The notes under the pieces: model-generated | Databases searched by the model: none | What the model saw: only the letters and a program-made list of their open reading frames with translations | Told to the model about the DNA's origin: nothing | Made by a program: the position numbers and the translations under genes | Shown: piece after piece, positions 15,800-29,560 of the stretch | Layout: every line of letters begins with the position of its first letter | How positions within the stretch are numbered: the stretch's first letter is position 1 | Source of the DNA: the human T2T-CHM13v2.0 reference genome, Homo sapiens | NCBI RefSeq assembly: GCF_009914755.1 | Contig: NC_060929.1 | DNA: 64,000 bases | Reading direction: 5' to 3' (one strand)

Positions 15800-16105
15800 A
15801 TGGGTAGTGCAGTGCTGAGATTTCACTTTCCTTGGTTTCAGTTACCTACTGTCCAGTACAGTAGAATATTTAGAGAGAGAGAGACCGTATTCACATATGA
15901 TGTTATTACAGTATGTTGTTATAATTGTTATATTTTATTAGTTGTTAATCTCTTACTGTGCCTAATTTATAAATTAAACTTTATCATAGTTATGTATGTA
16001 TAGGAAAAAACATAGTATATAATACAGAGTCTGTACCATCCATGGCTTCAGACATCTACTGGGATCTTAGAATGTATTCCCCATGGATAAAGGGGCAGTA
16101 GTGTA
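15800..16105. mobile_element. Tigger-family DNA transposon fragment (MER44-like)
   Basis: ttaatctcttactgtgcctaatttataaattaaactttatcat and terminal ccccatggataaaggggcagtagtgta. Confidence 0.7.
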
Positions 16106-17539
16106 AACGGTAGAGCCAGAATTTCAGTTGAATTTCTTCTGGCTCCAAAATCAGCTTTGTTTATGTTTCATGGTAAAGTGGCATCCTATATTCTTTAAGA
16201 AGGCAGGAAAGTACATAACATATATACTTAATATAGTATAAACAATTACATTTTAGAGAGAGTACAAAGTTGCTTGTTTAGGGAGTAGGACTATATGTAC
16301 CTCTTACCAAACCCAAACCTCAGGGTAAACCCAGTTTTCTCTTTGTAGTTTTTTGTTTTTAGATTCCTGATCATGGCTAAAGATAATTACATATTGGTAC
16401 TGATCGGCTTTAAACAAATTAAGTATTTTACAGCTTTCCTTGGACTTCAGTGGCACTTAGCAACACTTTTATTCATCTAGTCATGAGCTCTTGCATCCTC
16501 CACAATTATGGTTTGAAACTTTTTTTGTTCTCCTTAAGCTCCCAACCTACCCTACTGTTTCTCACTCATACCAGACCCATCTGTTACCTCGTCAAGAAAA
16601 TGGGGATTTTTATATCTTGAAATCCTATAGCTTGTCTTTCTTTGATCTCCTTTAAACTCTTTTTTAGTCCAACCACATCACTCCATCTTCCTGTATCCAA
16701 GTTGATCAGGCCTTTGAGAATATCAAGCTTCTTGATAGCTGTGTATCTGCTTCAACCTACAAACTACACATAATCTTTTCCTTTCTCAAATGCCTATCTT
16801 CTTATAATTTACCTTAACTTCTGTGGCTGTGTTACTTTATTGCAATTTCTGTTTATGTATAGGTTGTACAGTACTGCTTAATATGTTTTTTTAATTAAAT
16901 AAGTAACTTATAAAACCAGAACTATACTATTATGGTAACAGTTTCGTTTTTTAAGTCTTGAAAAAATAGGCAAAGATTGAAAACAAGTTTCTGTATTTGC
17001 TGGAGCATAATGGAAGCTGAGAAACATCAAGGAAACCAGCCTTCACAACTTTCGAGATAGGTTTATAGTTTATAGATAGGTTTAATCAGACATTGAATGA
17101 AATATATGTATGCTGTGGTGGAGGAAAATTCACAGCTGCGAAAAGGAGTGTCAAGCACGTTCTGGTGGTATTGTGACATTTTTGTATATTGTCTGGAAGT
17201 TTCTCTCCAACAGTGTGTTAACATATCTTAGTAACACTGTAGCATTATAATGTAATTATGCAATCTTAGTCTGGGATTTAAAATGAGAGTATTTTAACTT
17301 TTCAAAGCACATTCCATCAAACAGAAAAGAGAATCAGTGTTTACTTCCTGACTTCTTGGCTGACTGTAACAACAACAATAAAAAAAGACTAAAGAGGGCC
17401 TCACAACAAGTATCAAAGTTAGTTATATGTCATATTGAACTCTTAAAATGTATTTTAATTTGTTATTCATATTAACTTACATTAGGAAAGAAAAAAGGTC
17501 AATGCACAGTTAAAAGTTTTTTATTTTATTTTATTACAG

Positions 17540-17644
17540 GCAGCTGTTAAATCTAAGAAAGCTACAGATACCTATAAACTCTATGTGGAAAAATATGCAT
17601 TAGCAAAAGCTGATTTCGAACAGAAAATGACAGAAACAGCTCAG
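17540..17644 (+). CDS. FCHO2: FCHO2 coding exon (105 nt; [35 protein letters not shown])
   Basis: ttattacag| acceptor, CAG|gttggt donor. Confidence 0.96.
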
Positions 17645-18759
17645 GTTGGTATTTTAAGGCTTCAGATTGAAAACAGGGCATTTATATTTGTGTATATTGA
17701 TTAATTTTTCTCTCATATAATTTTTTAGTGTTGGAAGTTTTAAAATGCACAATCTCAATTTGTTAATGATGCTGTTTTAAAAATACATGTCGCGTTTTGG
17801 AGATTGAGGACCAAGATGCAATAATTATAATGTCATAAGGAATTATACAGGTAGATCAGAAGAGCCTGTTTAAAGGTAATTGGGGAAACTGAGGGCATTG
17901 GTACATGATGAAGACAGTGCTTAAGAAGCATTAATAAGAAAACTGGAAGTGACTTAGTAGTGAGGCTACGGCAGTCAATACAACCCAAAAAATCCCTGGT
18001 CTCAAAGAACTTACATATTAGTGAGGGAAGACAGACACAAATGTCTGCCATCCATTAGCTTGGGATAAATTATATTTGGTGTAGTGTTCTTAGAACCTTA
18101 ATTAAAGGCCTCGTTTAAGGTGGCTGCCTTTTAGGAATCATACCTAACATTTCCACTCTCCGCTGCCCCTGCTTCTTGTCCTTTTCCTTGTTTTATTTTC
18201 CTGCTTAGCACCTATCGTGATCTTACATACCAAGAATTTTATTCCTGTATCATTCAGGTCAGAGTAAGTATGCTGTGGTGACACAAGGCCCCAGAAATCT
18301 CAGTGGCTTACAATATCAAGGGTTTATTACTTTCTCATGCTGCGTGTTCATTATGGGTTGGCTGCAGCTGTTTTACATCGTCTTCACTGTAGTCCTGAGG
18401 CTGGTGGATGAACTCCTTTTTGGAATGTTCTTAGTTATGTCTAAGGGGCCAGAAACAGTGAAGCACATGAGTTCTTTTACCTATATTTTTTGTCTGTTTT
18501 TCTCCACTAAAATTTAAGTTTATGAGAGCAAGGATGGATTTGTTTTGTTTACTGCTATATCCTCAGCTTTTAGAATAGTTCCCAGATCATAGTAGGCACT
18601 CAGTTAATATGAAAGAAGGACTTTGTGAATCTGAATTTTTGGACTCTATGTCTTCATTATGTCTTCCCATTTGAAGTAGTGAACAGCTCATATCTTAGAA
18701 AGCGAAGTCTTGCATACTTGTGTGCATGTATGTGCATATCCATCTTTACCTACAATGGC

Positions 18760-19730
18760 ATAGACTCTGTTAGGTGCTGGTGTGTATACAGTACATCTGT
18801 AAATAAGACAAATATCTCCGTGCTTGAGATGGTGTTTACAGTATAGAGGAGGGAGGCAGACATTAAATACATGCTTAAATATAAAGTTATAAATTATTAT
18901 AAGTATTGCAAAGGAAAATAATAGGCTTCCATGAGATAGAATAATAGCAGTGACTTAATTTGGATTAGGGAGTCAGGAAAGGCCTTTTAAGATAAGTGAT
19001 GTTTAAAACTGGAACTTGAAGAGTGAGTAAGAAATTAATAGGGCAAGAGCGTTACAGGCTTTGGGGATCATGAGTATGAAGGCCCAGAGGGTATAAAAGA
19101 ACTTACATTCTGGAAAGTAAAAAATGCTTACTAAACCTGAGTAAGGGAAAATGGTAGTGAGAAATGAAGTTGAATTGATACACAAGGACTAGGTTACATT
19201 AGGTTGGTGCAAAAGTAATTGTAGTTTTTACCGTTACTTTTAATGGCAAAAGAATTTAGGTTTTCTTCTAAGAGCAACTAGAAGCCGCCTAAGGGTTTTA
19301 GGCAGGGATGTGACATGATCTGATCTACATTTAAAGATAATTCTGGCAGTTTTGGGAAGAATTGATTAGAGTATGTCTAAAGGAGAATCAAGAGTCCAGT
19401 TTGGAAGTCAGTATAGTAGTCAGGTGAGAAGGATGAGGGCCAGCGTAGTGGTCTTGGAGAAGGAGACAAGTGAATGCATTGGAGATGGCAGGGATAGGAT
19501 GGGTTGAGGAATTCTTCGGAAGATTAGGATCCCTTCCAGGTTTTAGCTTGTTAAATCTATGTGGAGAGAGATGAATGGGGAAGATTAGATGAAGAACTGT
19601 TAGTTTGATGGAAGGAAGGGATCAATGTTCAATTTTGAACATGTTAATTTTAAGACGCCTATGAGATACATAATTGGTGACATCAGGAGGGCAGTTTTGG
19701 AGGAGCCAAGTAATCTGGGCTGGACATAAT
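18760..19730. mobile_element. L2 LINE remnant with MADE1 insertion
   Basis: L2 motifs (gtcaggaaaggcctt, aagggttttaggcagggatgtgacatgatctga). Confidence 0.6.
19199..19251. mobile_element. MADE1 (Hsmar1 MITE), partial
   Basis: ttaggttggtgcaaaagtaattg TIR; second TIR missing. Confidence 0.85.
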
Positions 19731-19734
19731 GTCC

Positions 19735-20050
19735 ACAGTTCCTTATCCACAATTCCGAATCCGAAGAGCTCTGAAAACCAAGTATTTTTTTTTCTGTGAT
19801 TTATTTGACAACAAAACTTGACTTGAACTGATACGAGGCTGTCTATAGTCTTTATCCTACGTATATTTTCCTTTAGAAATATTAATGTGTTTGATAAACA
19901 GATGCCACTACAGATCCTGCTGGTAGTATTATGAATGAGGTATATGGCATTCTAAATAATACTATATATCTTTATTTAAAAAACAAGGGAAGAAAAGGAA
20001 TTCCAAAACTCGCCTGGTCCCAAAAGTTTTGAATAAGGATTATCAGACCA
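19735..20050. mobile_element. Tigger4/MER46-like DNA transposon
   Basis: cagttccttatccacaattcc start and gaataaggattatcagacc end. Confidence 0.55.
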
Positions 20051-20620
20051 TATAAAATAGGGTTTTGTCAGTACACAAAGCCATGATGACAGCACTTTTA
20101 GAGTGTGGGGAAGAAAGGGCCTCAGGGCCAAGCTCTGAGAGACTCATTATTGAGATTTTAATAGAGGAAGCCAAAGAAGAAAGAAGAAAACTGGAAGTGT
20201 AATGTCATGGTAGCTGGAAAAAGAAGCTTCAAGAAGGAAGGGTTTAGGTAGTTGTCTTAAATAAGGCTTCAAGTCTAGTGAGATAGAAGTTGCAATTTCT
20301 GTAGCAACTGAGGTCATTGCAGGCTTCAGCAAGTGCTGTTTTGTCTTTTAAATCATTAGGAGCACACATTTATAAGGGAGTTATTGTTGATATGTTAATT
20401 TCACATTAAATGGTTAGTCTTTATCAGCTAAGCATTTGCCGTTTCATTAATTTTTAAAATTGGAATAAATAGAGTTTGCTATAGTCAGAGTTTTTTGTTT
20501 GTTGATGTTACTTTATAAAAAAGAGCGTTCAGCACATCTTTCCATTTCCTTTTCATGTTCTGCTTCCTCATTACATTTTTTTCCAAAATGGCATTTTAAT
20601 TGTTCATCCTGCCTTTCTGG

Positions 20621-20928
20621 TTTTTTTGTTTGTTTTTTGTTGTTTTTTGAGACAGGGTCTCACTCTGTCAACCAGGCTCGAGTGCAATGGCACGATCTTG
20701 GCTTACTGCAGCCTTTTTGCCTCCCAGGCTAGTGACCTTCCCACCTCAGCCTCCTGAGTAACTGGGACTGCAGGTGTGCACCATCATGTCCAGCTAATTT
20801 TTGTATTTTTAGTAGAGACAGGGTTTCACCATGTTGCCCAGGGTGGTCTTGAACTCTTGGGCTCAAGTGATCTGTCCAACTCGGCCTCCCAAAATGCTGG
20901 CTGGGATCACAGGCACCGTGCCAGCCCA
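20621..20928 (-). mobile_element. AluJ-like
   Basis: Alu consensus. Confidence 0.85.
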
Positions 20929-21688
20929 TTCTGCCCTTTTTAAGATGGGAACATTAATTTATTTGAGCAAATGTGTGACCATGCTGCTTTTAAATAAAGA
21001 TGATGGCATACTTTACTAATGTGTGTGTATTTGTTCTTTCTCAAGATCTTAGAGATCTCTGTTTCTGTCTCACCCTCTCTTTCTGTCATACTCTACAGCT
21101 GCAGAATAGGTTAATTATTGTTTCTTCATAGAGAATAGACTTTAATTTGGGTTAGTTTAGAAGGGAAAGTAATCCTTTTACTTCTCCACTTAACTGTTTT
21201 TCCAGGCCAGCTGGGTTGACCAGTCTCAGTGGGAAAGAAAGAACCTGACAGTATAGTGAGAATCAAATTTGGGTGGTAGGACCTATATTTACTAGTGGGA
21301 GAAGATCATTGAGTCTCTAGGGTGAAAGAGGTTAGAATTTAGAGTATTTGTGATTTAAGTTTTTAAAATTTAGGTTTAGGATAAAAATGATTGAAATTGT
21401 GACTTTTTATGCTCATGCTTTTACCACTATTAATTAATGAGACACTTGAAACAGAATATGGAGATTTTGTTTACTTTAAAGCAGTGAGATGGCTAGTTTA
21501 TGGAAACTTTGAGATTTGTTAAGCAGTACCCTCAGATTAAAGATTATTAGGATTAGCGTACTTTTATATATCTTTAGTGGCTGAGAAGATAGTGTAGCCC
21601 TGTGTCGCTTAACAACAGGGATACACTTTAAGAAATGTCGTTAGGCAATTTTGTCATTGTGTGAACATCATAGAATGTACTTATGCCT

Positions 21689-21996
21689 GGCCAGGCATGG
21701 TGGCTCACGCCTGTAATCCCAGCACTTTTGGAGGCTGAGGTGGACAGATCACCTGAAGTCAGGAGTTCAAGACTAGACTTGCTAATATGTTGAAATCCTG
21801 TCTCTACTAAAAATACAAAACTTAGCCAGGTGTGGTGGTGCACGCCTATAATCCCAGTTATTTGGGAGGCTAAGGCACCAGAATTGCTTGAAATGGGAAG
21901 CAGAGGTTGTGGTGAGCCGAGATTGTGCCACTGCACTCCAGCCTGGGTGACAGAGTGAGACTCTGTCTCAAAAAAAAAAAAAAAAAAAAAAAAAAA
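21689..21996 (+). mobile_element. AluS within Tigger3
   Basis: TSD agaatgtactta. Confidence 0.9.
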
Positions 21997-22722
21997 GAGA
22001 GAATGTACTTACTTACACATACCTAGATGGTGTAGACTGCTACAGACCTGGCTATATGGTTTAGTCTGTTGCTTGTAAGCTACAAACCTGTACAGCCTGT
22101 TACTGTACTGAATACTGTAGGCAGTTATAACAAAATGGTATTTGTGTCTTTAAACATAGAAAAGATATAGTAAAAATCAGTATAAAAGATTAAAAATGCT
22201 GCATCTGAGTAGAACACTTATGTTGAATGGAGATTGCAGGACTGGAAGTTGCTCTGGTTGAGTTAGTGAATGAGTAGTGAGTAAATGTGAAGGCCTAGGA
22301 CATTACTGTACACTACTGTAGATTTTATAAGCACTGTAGATTTAGGTTACATTAAATTTTATTAAAAATTGTTTTCTTCCTTCAATAATAAATTAACCTT
22401 AGCTTATTTTAACTTCTTTAGAAACTTAAAAAAATTTTAAACATTTTGACTCTTTTGGGATGACATCTTAAAGTAGAAACACATTGTACAGTTGTACAAT
22501 AGTATTTTCTTTATATCCTTACTCGATCAGCTTTTTTTCTGTTTTAAAATTTTTATTTTTTTTTTAACTTTTTAAATCTTTTTCCTAAAAACTAAGACAC
22601 AAACGCACACAGTAAACATGTGCCTACATAGGCTTAGTATCATTAGGATTGCTCTTTTATCTCCACATCTTGTACTACTGGAAGGTCTTCAGGGGCAGTA
22701 GCATGCATAGAACTATCATCTC

Positions 22723-23020
22723 TGGCTGGACTTGGTGGCTCACACTTGTAATCCCAGCACTTTGGGAGGGCGAGGTGGGCAGATCACTTGAGGTCACGAG
22801 TTTGAGACCAGCCTGGCCAACATGATGAAACCTCATCTTTAATAAAAATACAGAAATTAGCTGGGCGTGGTGGTACGCGCCTGTAATCCTAGCTGCGTGG
22901 GAGGCTCAGGCATGAAATCACTTGAAGCTGAGAGGTGGTGGTTGCAGTGAGCTGAGATTGCGCCACTGCCCTCCAGCCTGGGCAACAGAGCGAGACTCCA
23001 TCTCAGGAAAAAAAAAAAAA
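22723..23020 (+). mobile_element. AluS within Tigger3
   Basis: Alu consensus. Confidence 0.88.
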
Positions 23021-23435
23021 GTATCGCCTATGTTAACAAAGCCTTCTAGAATACCTCCTGAAGGACCTGCTGGAGGCTGTTTTACAGTTATTGTTTTTTC
23101 TAATAAGTAGAAGGATTACACTCTAATAATAAAAAGTGTAGTTTAGTAAATACATTTACCAGTAACATCATTTATTATCAAGTATTATGTGCTGTATATT
23201 ATGTGCTATGCGGTACTTTTATGTGACAGGCAGCACAGTAGGTTTGTTTGTATCAGCATCACCACAAACGTGAGTAATGCGTTGCACTACGTTATGGCAG
23301 CTATGATGTCACTAGGCAATAGAAAGTTTTCATATCTATTATAATCTTCTGGTACCACTGTCATATATGGCATTAGTTGTTGACAGAAATGTCATTATGT
23401 GGCTCATGACTATACTTTTAAAAATTAATGTAACA

Positions 23436-23811
<376 letters not shown>

Positions 23812-24767
23812 TCATTTATGTATACTCAAGCATTTGAGACTATATCCATTTCCCATTGCTGAATTACTCTGAGCTTAGTAGTCACTAATTTTGAGGAATT
23901 GTGATAGTTAGCAGTGTGCCCCTACCCCCAAAACCCCACAGTTTCAAAATTGCATCTGATTCATGCCTTGAGTTTCTCTGTGGATTCATATTTTAAGATA
24001 TTTCTAAATAAATAAAGACCTGCCTTGTTGAGTGTAGCTTTTTCAAAAGGGAATGAAGACAGTTTCCTCGGAATTAAGGGTCATTCAAATGAAATTAATG
24101 GCTACCTGTCTGAGAAAATATCTTGTTTATTAAATTGCTGAAATTTAAGTTAAGGGCCATCCTTCTAGTAAATGCTCCTCAGTTCTTGAGAGTAATTCAG
24201 GATCTTGAAATACTGGTACTGTATTCTCGTTGACTTGGTCAAAATTAATCAATGACAAGTATTCCACTTTAACTCTGCCATTCCTCATAAATCAAATTGA
24301 TTCAAGTTTTTGGGCTGTTGCAATACTGCCGAAACTGTAATTTCACCATTCTGGATTTTTTTTTTTTTAGAGGTTCTTACCATTTACACATTAGATATCA
24401 TTTGGTGATTTCTGGTCACCAAAGTGACTGAAGAAATTTAGACATTAAATATAGGGTCAGGGAATTAAATTTCATAAACTAACAAGATAAAAATAGTAAG
24501 GCTTAGGCCCATTCCTTAGAACTGATTTAATTTGGAAAAAAATAGATAACCAGGTTTGTACAATAGAAATGACAAATGTATTTTGTTTGAAAATGGGTAG
24601 CTCAGCATTTCCCAAAGCCTGTTTTGAGGACTATTATTGCTCTGTGAGATATTAATAGATGTTCAGGGAAGAAGAAAAACAAAAGTGTTGTAAGGTCAAA
24701 GAAATTTAGAAAATGCCGGGTTAAGCAAAGTGAAACGTGTCATTATTTCAGTATTTCTCAGACCTTC

Positions 24768-25680
<913 letters not shown>

Positions 25681-25891
25681 GTATATTATTATTTCAAGGA
25701 TTAGAAAGACATTTTGAAAATCTATGGGCTAGATTATAAAGCATTTGAAAGTAAACTGTAGTTTTTGCTTTGCCAACTGATTGTTTTTCAGTTTTTAAAA
25801 CTCTTTGTTTTTTTTGTAACATTATTCTCTTCTGGGTCTCCTAATTTTCTGATCACGATTATAGATTTTAATGTGTAATGGCTCCAAATTC

Positions 25892-26201
<310 letters not shown>

Positions 26202-26357
26202 CTAGAAAAGTTTGTATTTACCTAAGAAATGACATAACAAAAAGTTAACTTTTTGCAGTGCCATATTTCAGTTTACCTGCTAGATCTGTCTGTCTTGAGG
26301 CTTGGTTAAACATTGTGTAAAAGTGGTAACTTGGAAAATTTGGTTATATTGAGTTGA

Positions 26358-26628
<271 letters not shown>

Positions 26629-26719
26629 GAGATGATTTCTGAAAGCTCTTTTGATTCCAGAATATATATGTATGTACCTGTATATGTTATAAATCTATAA
26701 CTTTGTATATGTTACCCAG

Positions 26720-26818
26720 AAATTTCAAGATATTGAAGAAACTCATCTCATTCACATAAAGGAAATTATAGGATCCTTGTCAAATGCTATAAAGGAAATT
26801 CATTTGCAGATAGGCCAG
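26720..26818 (+). CDS. FCHO2: FCHO2 coding exon (99 nt; [33 protein letters not shown])
   Basis: gttacccag| acceptor, CAG|gtaagt donor; symmetric phase 0. Confidence 0.95.
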
Positions 26819-27260
26819 GTAAGTTTTTTTACTTTATGTTGAACTATTCATGAAAAATTTGTTTATTTATAGCTCTTTAAAAATATTTTCTCACTCTGTT
26901 CAAAGTTCATAAGTATAATACCGAATTTTTCCAAATAAAGAATATGTAAAGATAATATATTTACATGTAGTAAATAGAAAATAAACTGGATATTTTATCA
27001 TTTGGCCACCGAGGATGATAATTCAAATTAATTTTTTAAATTAACTATATTCAGTTTTCTTTATATTGAATTTCTAAAGCTATCAACTTTTGAATATTTC
27101 TTTTTTCAAGCTTTACTATTTTTAAATTTAAAGCAGCAACTTTATTAAACTATAGAACTTTTACTTAGAAGTGTTCCACAAATATAAAAGGTTTAATGAT
27201 GACAATTTGGGGTATACTGAAATATAGTAGAGAAAGATGAAGTCTGTTATTCTTCAAACT

Positions 27261-27920
27261 AGCCAGGCACGGTGGCTCATACCTGTAATCTCAGCAGTTT
27301 GGGAGGCCAAGGCAGGAAGATTACTTGAGCCCAGAAGTTTGAGACCAGCCTGGGCAACATAGGGAGACCTCATCTCTACACAAAATTTAAAAAATATTTT
27401 AAATTGTTTAAATATTAAAAAATATTTTAAATTGTTTAAATATTAAAAAAGATTTTAAATTGTTTAAATATTAAAAAAGATTTTAAATTGTTTAAATATT
27501 AAAAAAGATTTTAAATTGTTTAAATATTAAAAAAGATTTTAAATTGTTTAAATATTAAAAAAGATTTTAAATTGTTTAAATATTAAAAAAGATTTTAAAT
27601 TGTTTAAATATTAAAAAAGATTTTAAATTGTTTAAATATTAAAAAAGATTTTAAATTGTTTAAATATTAAAAAAGATTTTAAATTGTTTAAATATTAAAA
27701 AAGATTTTAAATTGTTTAAATATTAAAAAAGATTTTAAATTGTTTAAATATTAAAAAAGATTTTAAATTGTTTAAATATTAAAAAATTTTTGGGTGTGGT
27801 GGTGCATGCCTATAGTCCCAGCTACTTGGGAGGCTGAGGTGGGAGGATCACTTGAGTCCAGGAGGTTGAGGCTGCAGTGAGCCGTGACACCCAGCCATCT
27901 GGGTGACAGAGTCAGACTGT
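27261..27920 (+). mobile_element. AluJ with minisatellite in its central linker
   Basis: Left arm 27261-27385, right arm 27791-27920. Confidence 0.88.
27389..27780. repeat. AT-rich minisatellite, 14 x 28 bp (AAAAAA[G/T]ATTTTAAATTGTTTAAATATT)
   Basis: Exact 28-bp period; first 2 units carry T, next 12 carry G. Confidence 0.97.
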
Positions 27921-28249
27921 GTGTGTGTTTTTTTTAAGCCAAAAGTATTTTTGTTGTCTGTATAAGTCTTATCATAAGAATGATGTCTCTAGAACGCTCA
28001 AAGATGGGAACAGAAAACTGCTTTGACTTCTAGGGGCGTGAGGCTATGTGTTAAGGGGTTAATGTAAGTCATGGTTGGTCCCTACAGATCCAGTAATGCT
28101 GGAAGTTAGGTAAATTAAAGTCCTCAAAGGGCCTTGGGTCAAAAATACATATTTTGATATAATTAATTTTAATTGTCTTGTGTAAGTTTTATCTGAAATA
28201 CACTAAGAATGTGGAAAAAGAAAAAGTTATCTTTATTTCATTTTAATAG

Positions 28250-28346
28250 GTCCATGAAGAATTTATAAATAACATGGCTAATACTACAGTTGAAAGTTTG
28301 ATACAAAAATTTGCTGAGTCAAAAGGCACTGGGAAGGAAAGACCTG
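28250..28346 (+). CDS. FCHO2: FCHO2 coding exon (97 nt; [32 protein letters not shown](G))
   Basis: ttttaatag| acceptor, CTG|gtaaga donor; overlaps ORF 28274..28462. Confidence 0.96.
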
Positions 28347-29560
28347 GTAAGATGATAAACTCTGCAAGGAAACATTTTAAATTTTCCCATATAGTAACTA
28401 ACATATTTGCCTTGAAGATCATGTGGGTAAGGGGTAATTTTAACTTTATATCACATATCTGAAGTTAAAAATATTTCCAAACTGTGAAATGGAGCCAACC
28501 CAAAAAATGGAGTATACCTAAAAATTTGTATAAAATCTCAGATATTACTATTTTTATGTCTGATGATACATTAAGATTTTTGTTTTGGCTTTTAGTGGTT
28601 AATACAATAATTTAGTATTATTTAAAGTGGTTATTATAACATTTTACTAAATCTGTCACAGTTTTAGATTTTTCAAAATAGAGTCACCTACAGAAGGCTA
28701 TTTTAATAAAAGAAAGATTGGGAGAGAATATTGAACGCTCAGAACATTGAGACCAACGTAGAACCTTTCTTAAAATTTAATAACTTCTTTCTTTTCTCAT
28801 TTATATATACATTTAACAAATATATTTATTGAGTTCTAACAATATACCAGACCCCATTCTAGAAATTTGGGGATACACCAGTGAACAAATGGATATAGGA
28901 ATCCTGGCTCCTATTTTTATGAAAAAATGATTACAGAAGTTCAAATTCTACTTTTAATTGGCATGTTATGATGTATCAAATGTAATAAGTACCCCATTCC
29001 CTTCCCTGCTCAGCATACTTACAGTCCTCCAGATTTCTTTAATCTATTTATTAGTTACTATATCATGTTCTTGCAAGATACATGTTTCACTCCATAAGTA
29101 TAAATAATTTAGTGCATTAAAGAAGTTAAAATATGATATGGCATTCCAGAAAATGGGTAAGAGATCTGTGAAGTTTGGGAACCATATTTCCTCAGTGCAG
29201 TTCATAGACCTAAGGCTTGAAACCTAAATCATCTTTAATTTCTTCTTCCCAAATTTCATTAAATTTTTAATCTTACTGATTCAATTGTATTAGTATTTTT
29301 CCCTTCAGACTTTCTTTTCATGTTTTCTCTAGCTGCCTAATTAATTTGCAGATTTCATACTGGTACAGCAGACGTTTCTTCTCCAATCTATTTTACATGT
29401 TATAGCACACTCATCTTTTGCCTATACAGTTATGAACTTATAATTGTACCACTTACAAATCTTTAAATTTTCACGTTGACAGAATGAAAGTGGGATTCTG
29501 GACTTGGTTTCAGAGCCTTTAAGGATCTCGAGCTGACCAGATTTTAGTCTTAACTTTCTT

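Larger units (their letters stand above)
21595..23412. mobile_element. Tigger3 (Golem)-family DNA transposon carrying two Alu insertions
   Basis: TIR-like ends tgtgtcgcttaacaacagggatac and cattatgtggctcatgact; typical internal sequence. Confidence 0.8.

Noticed and set aside
27389-27780. Regular 28-bp repeat as a CRISPR-like array
   Set aside because: Head-to-tail units without spacers, in human DNA inside an Alu; a minisatellite
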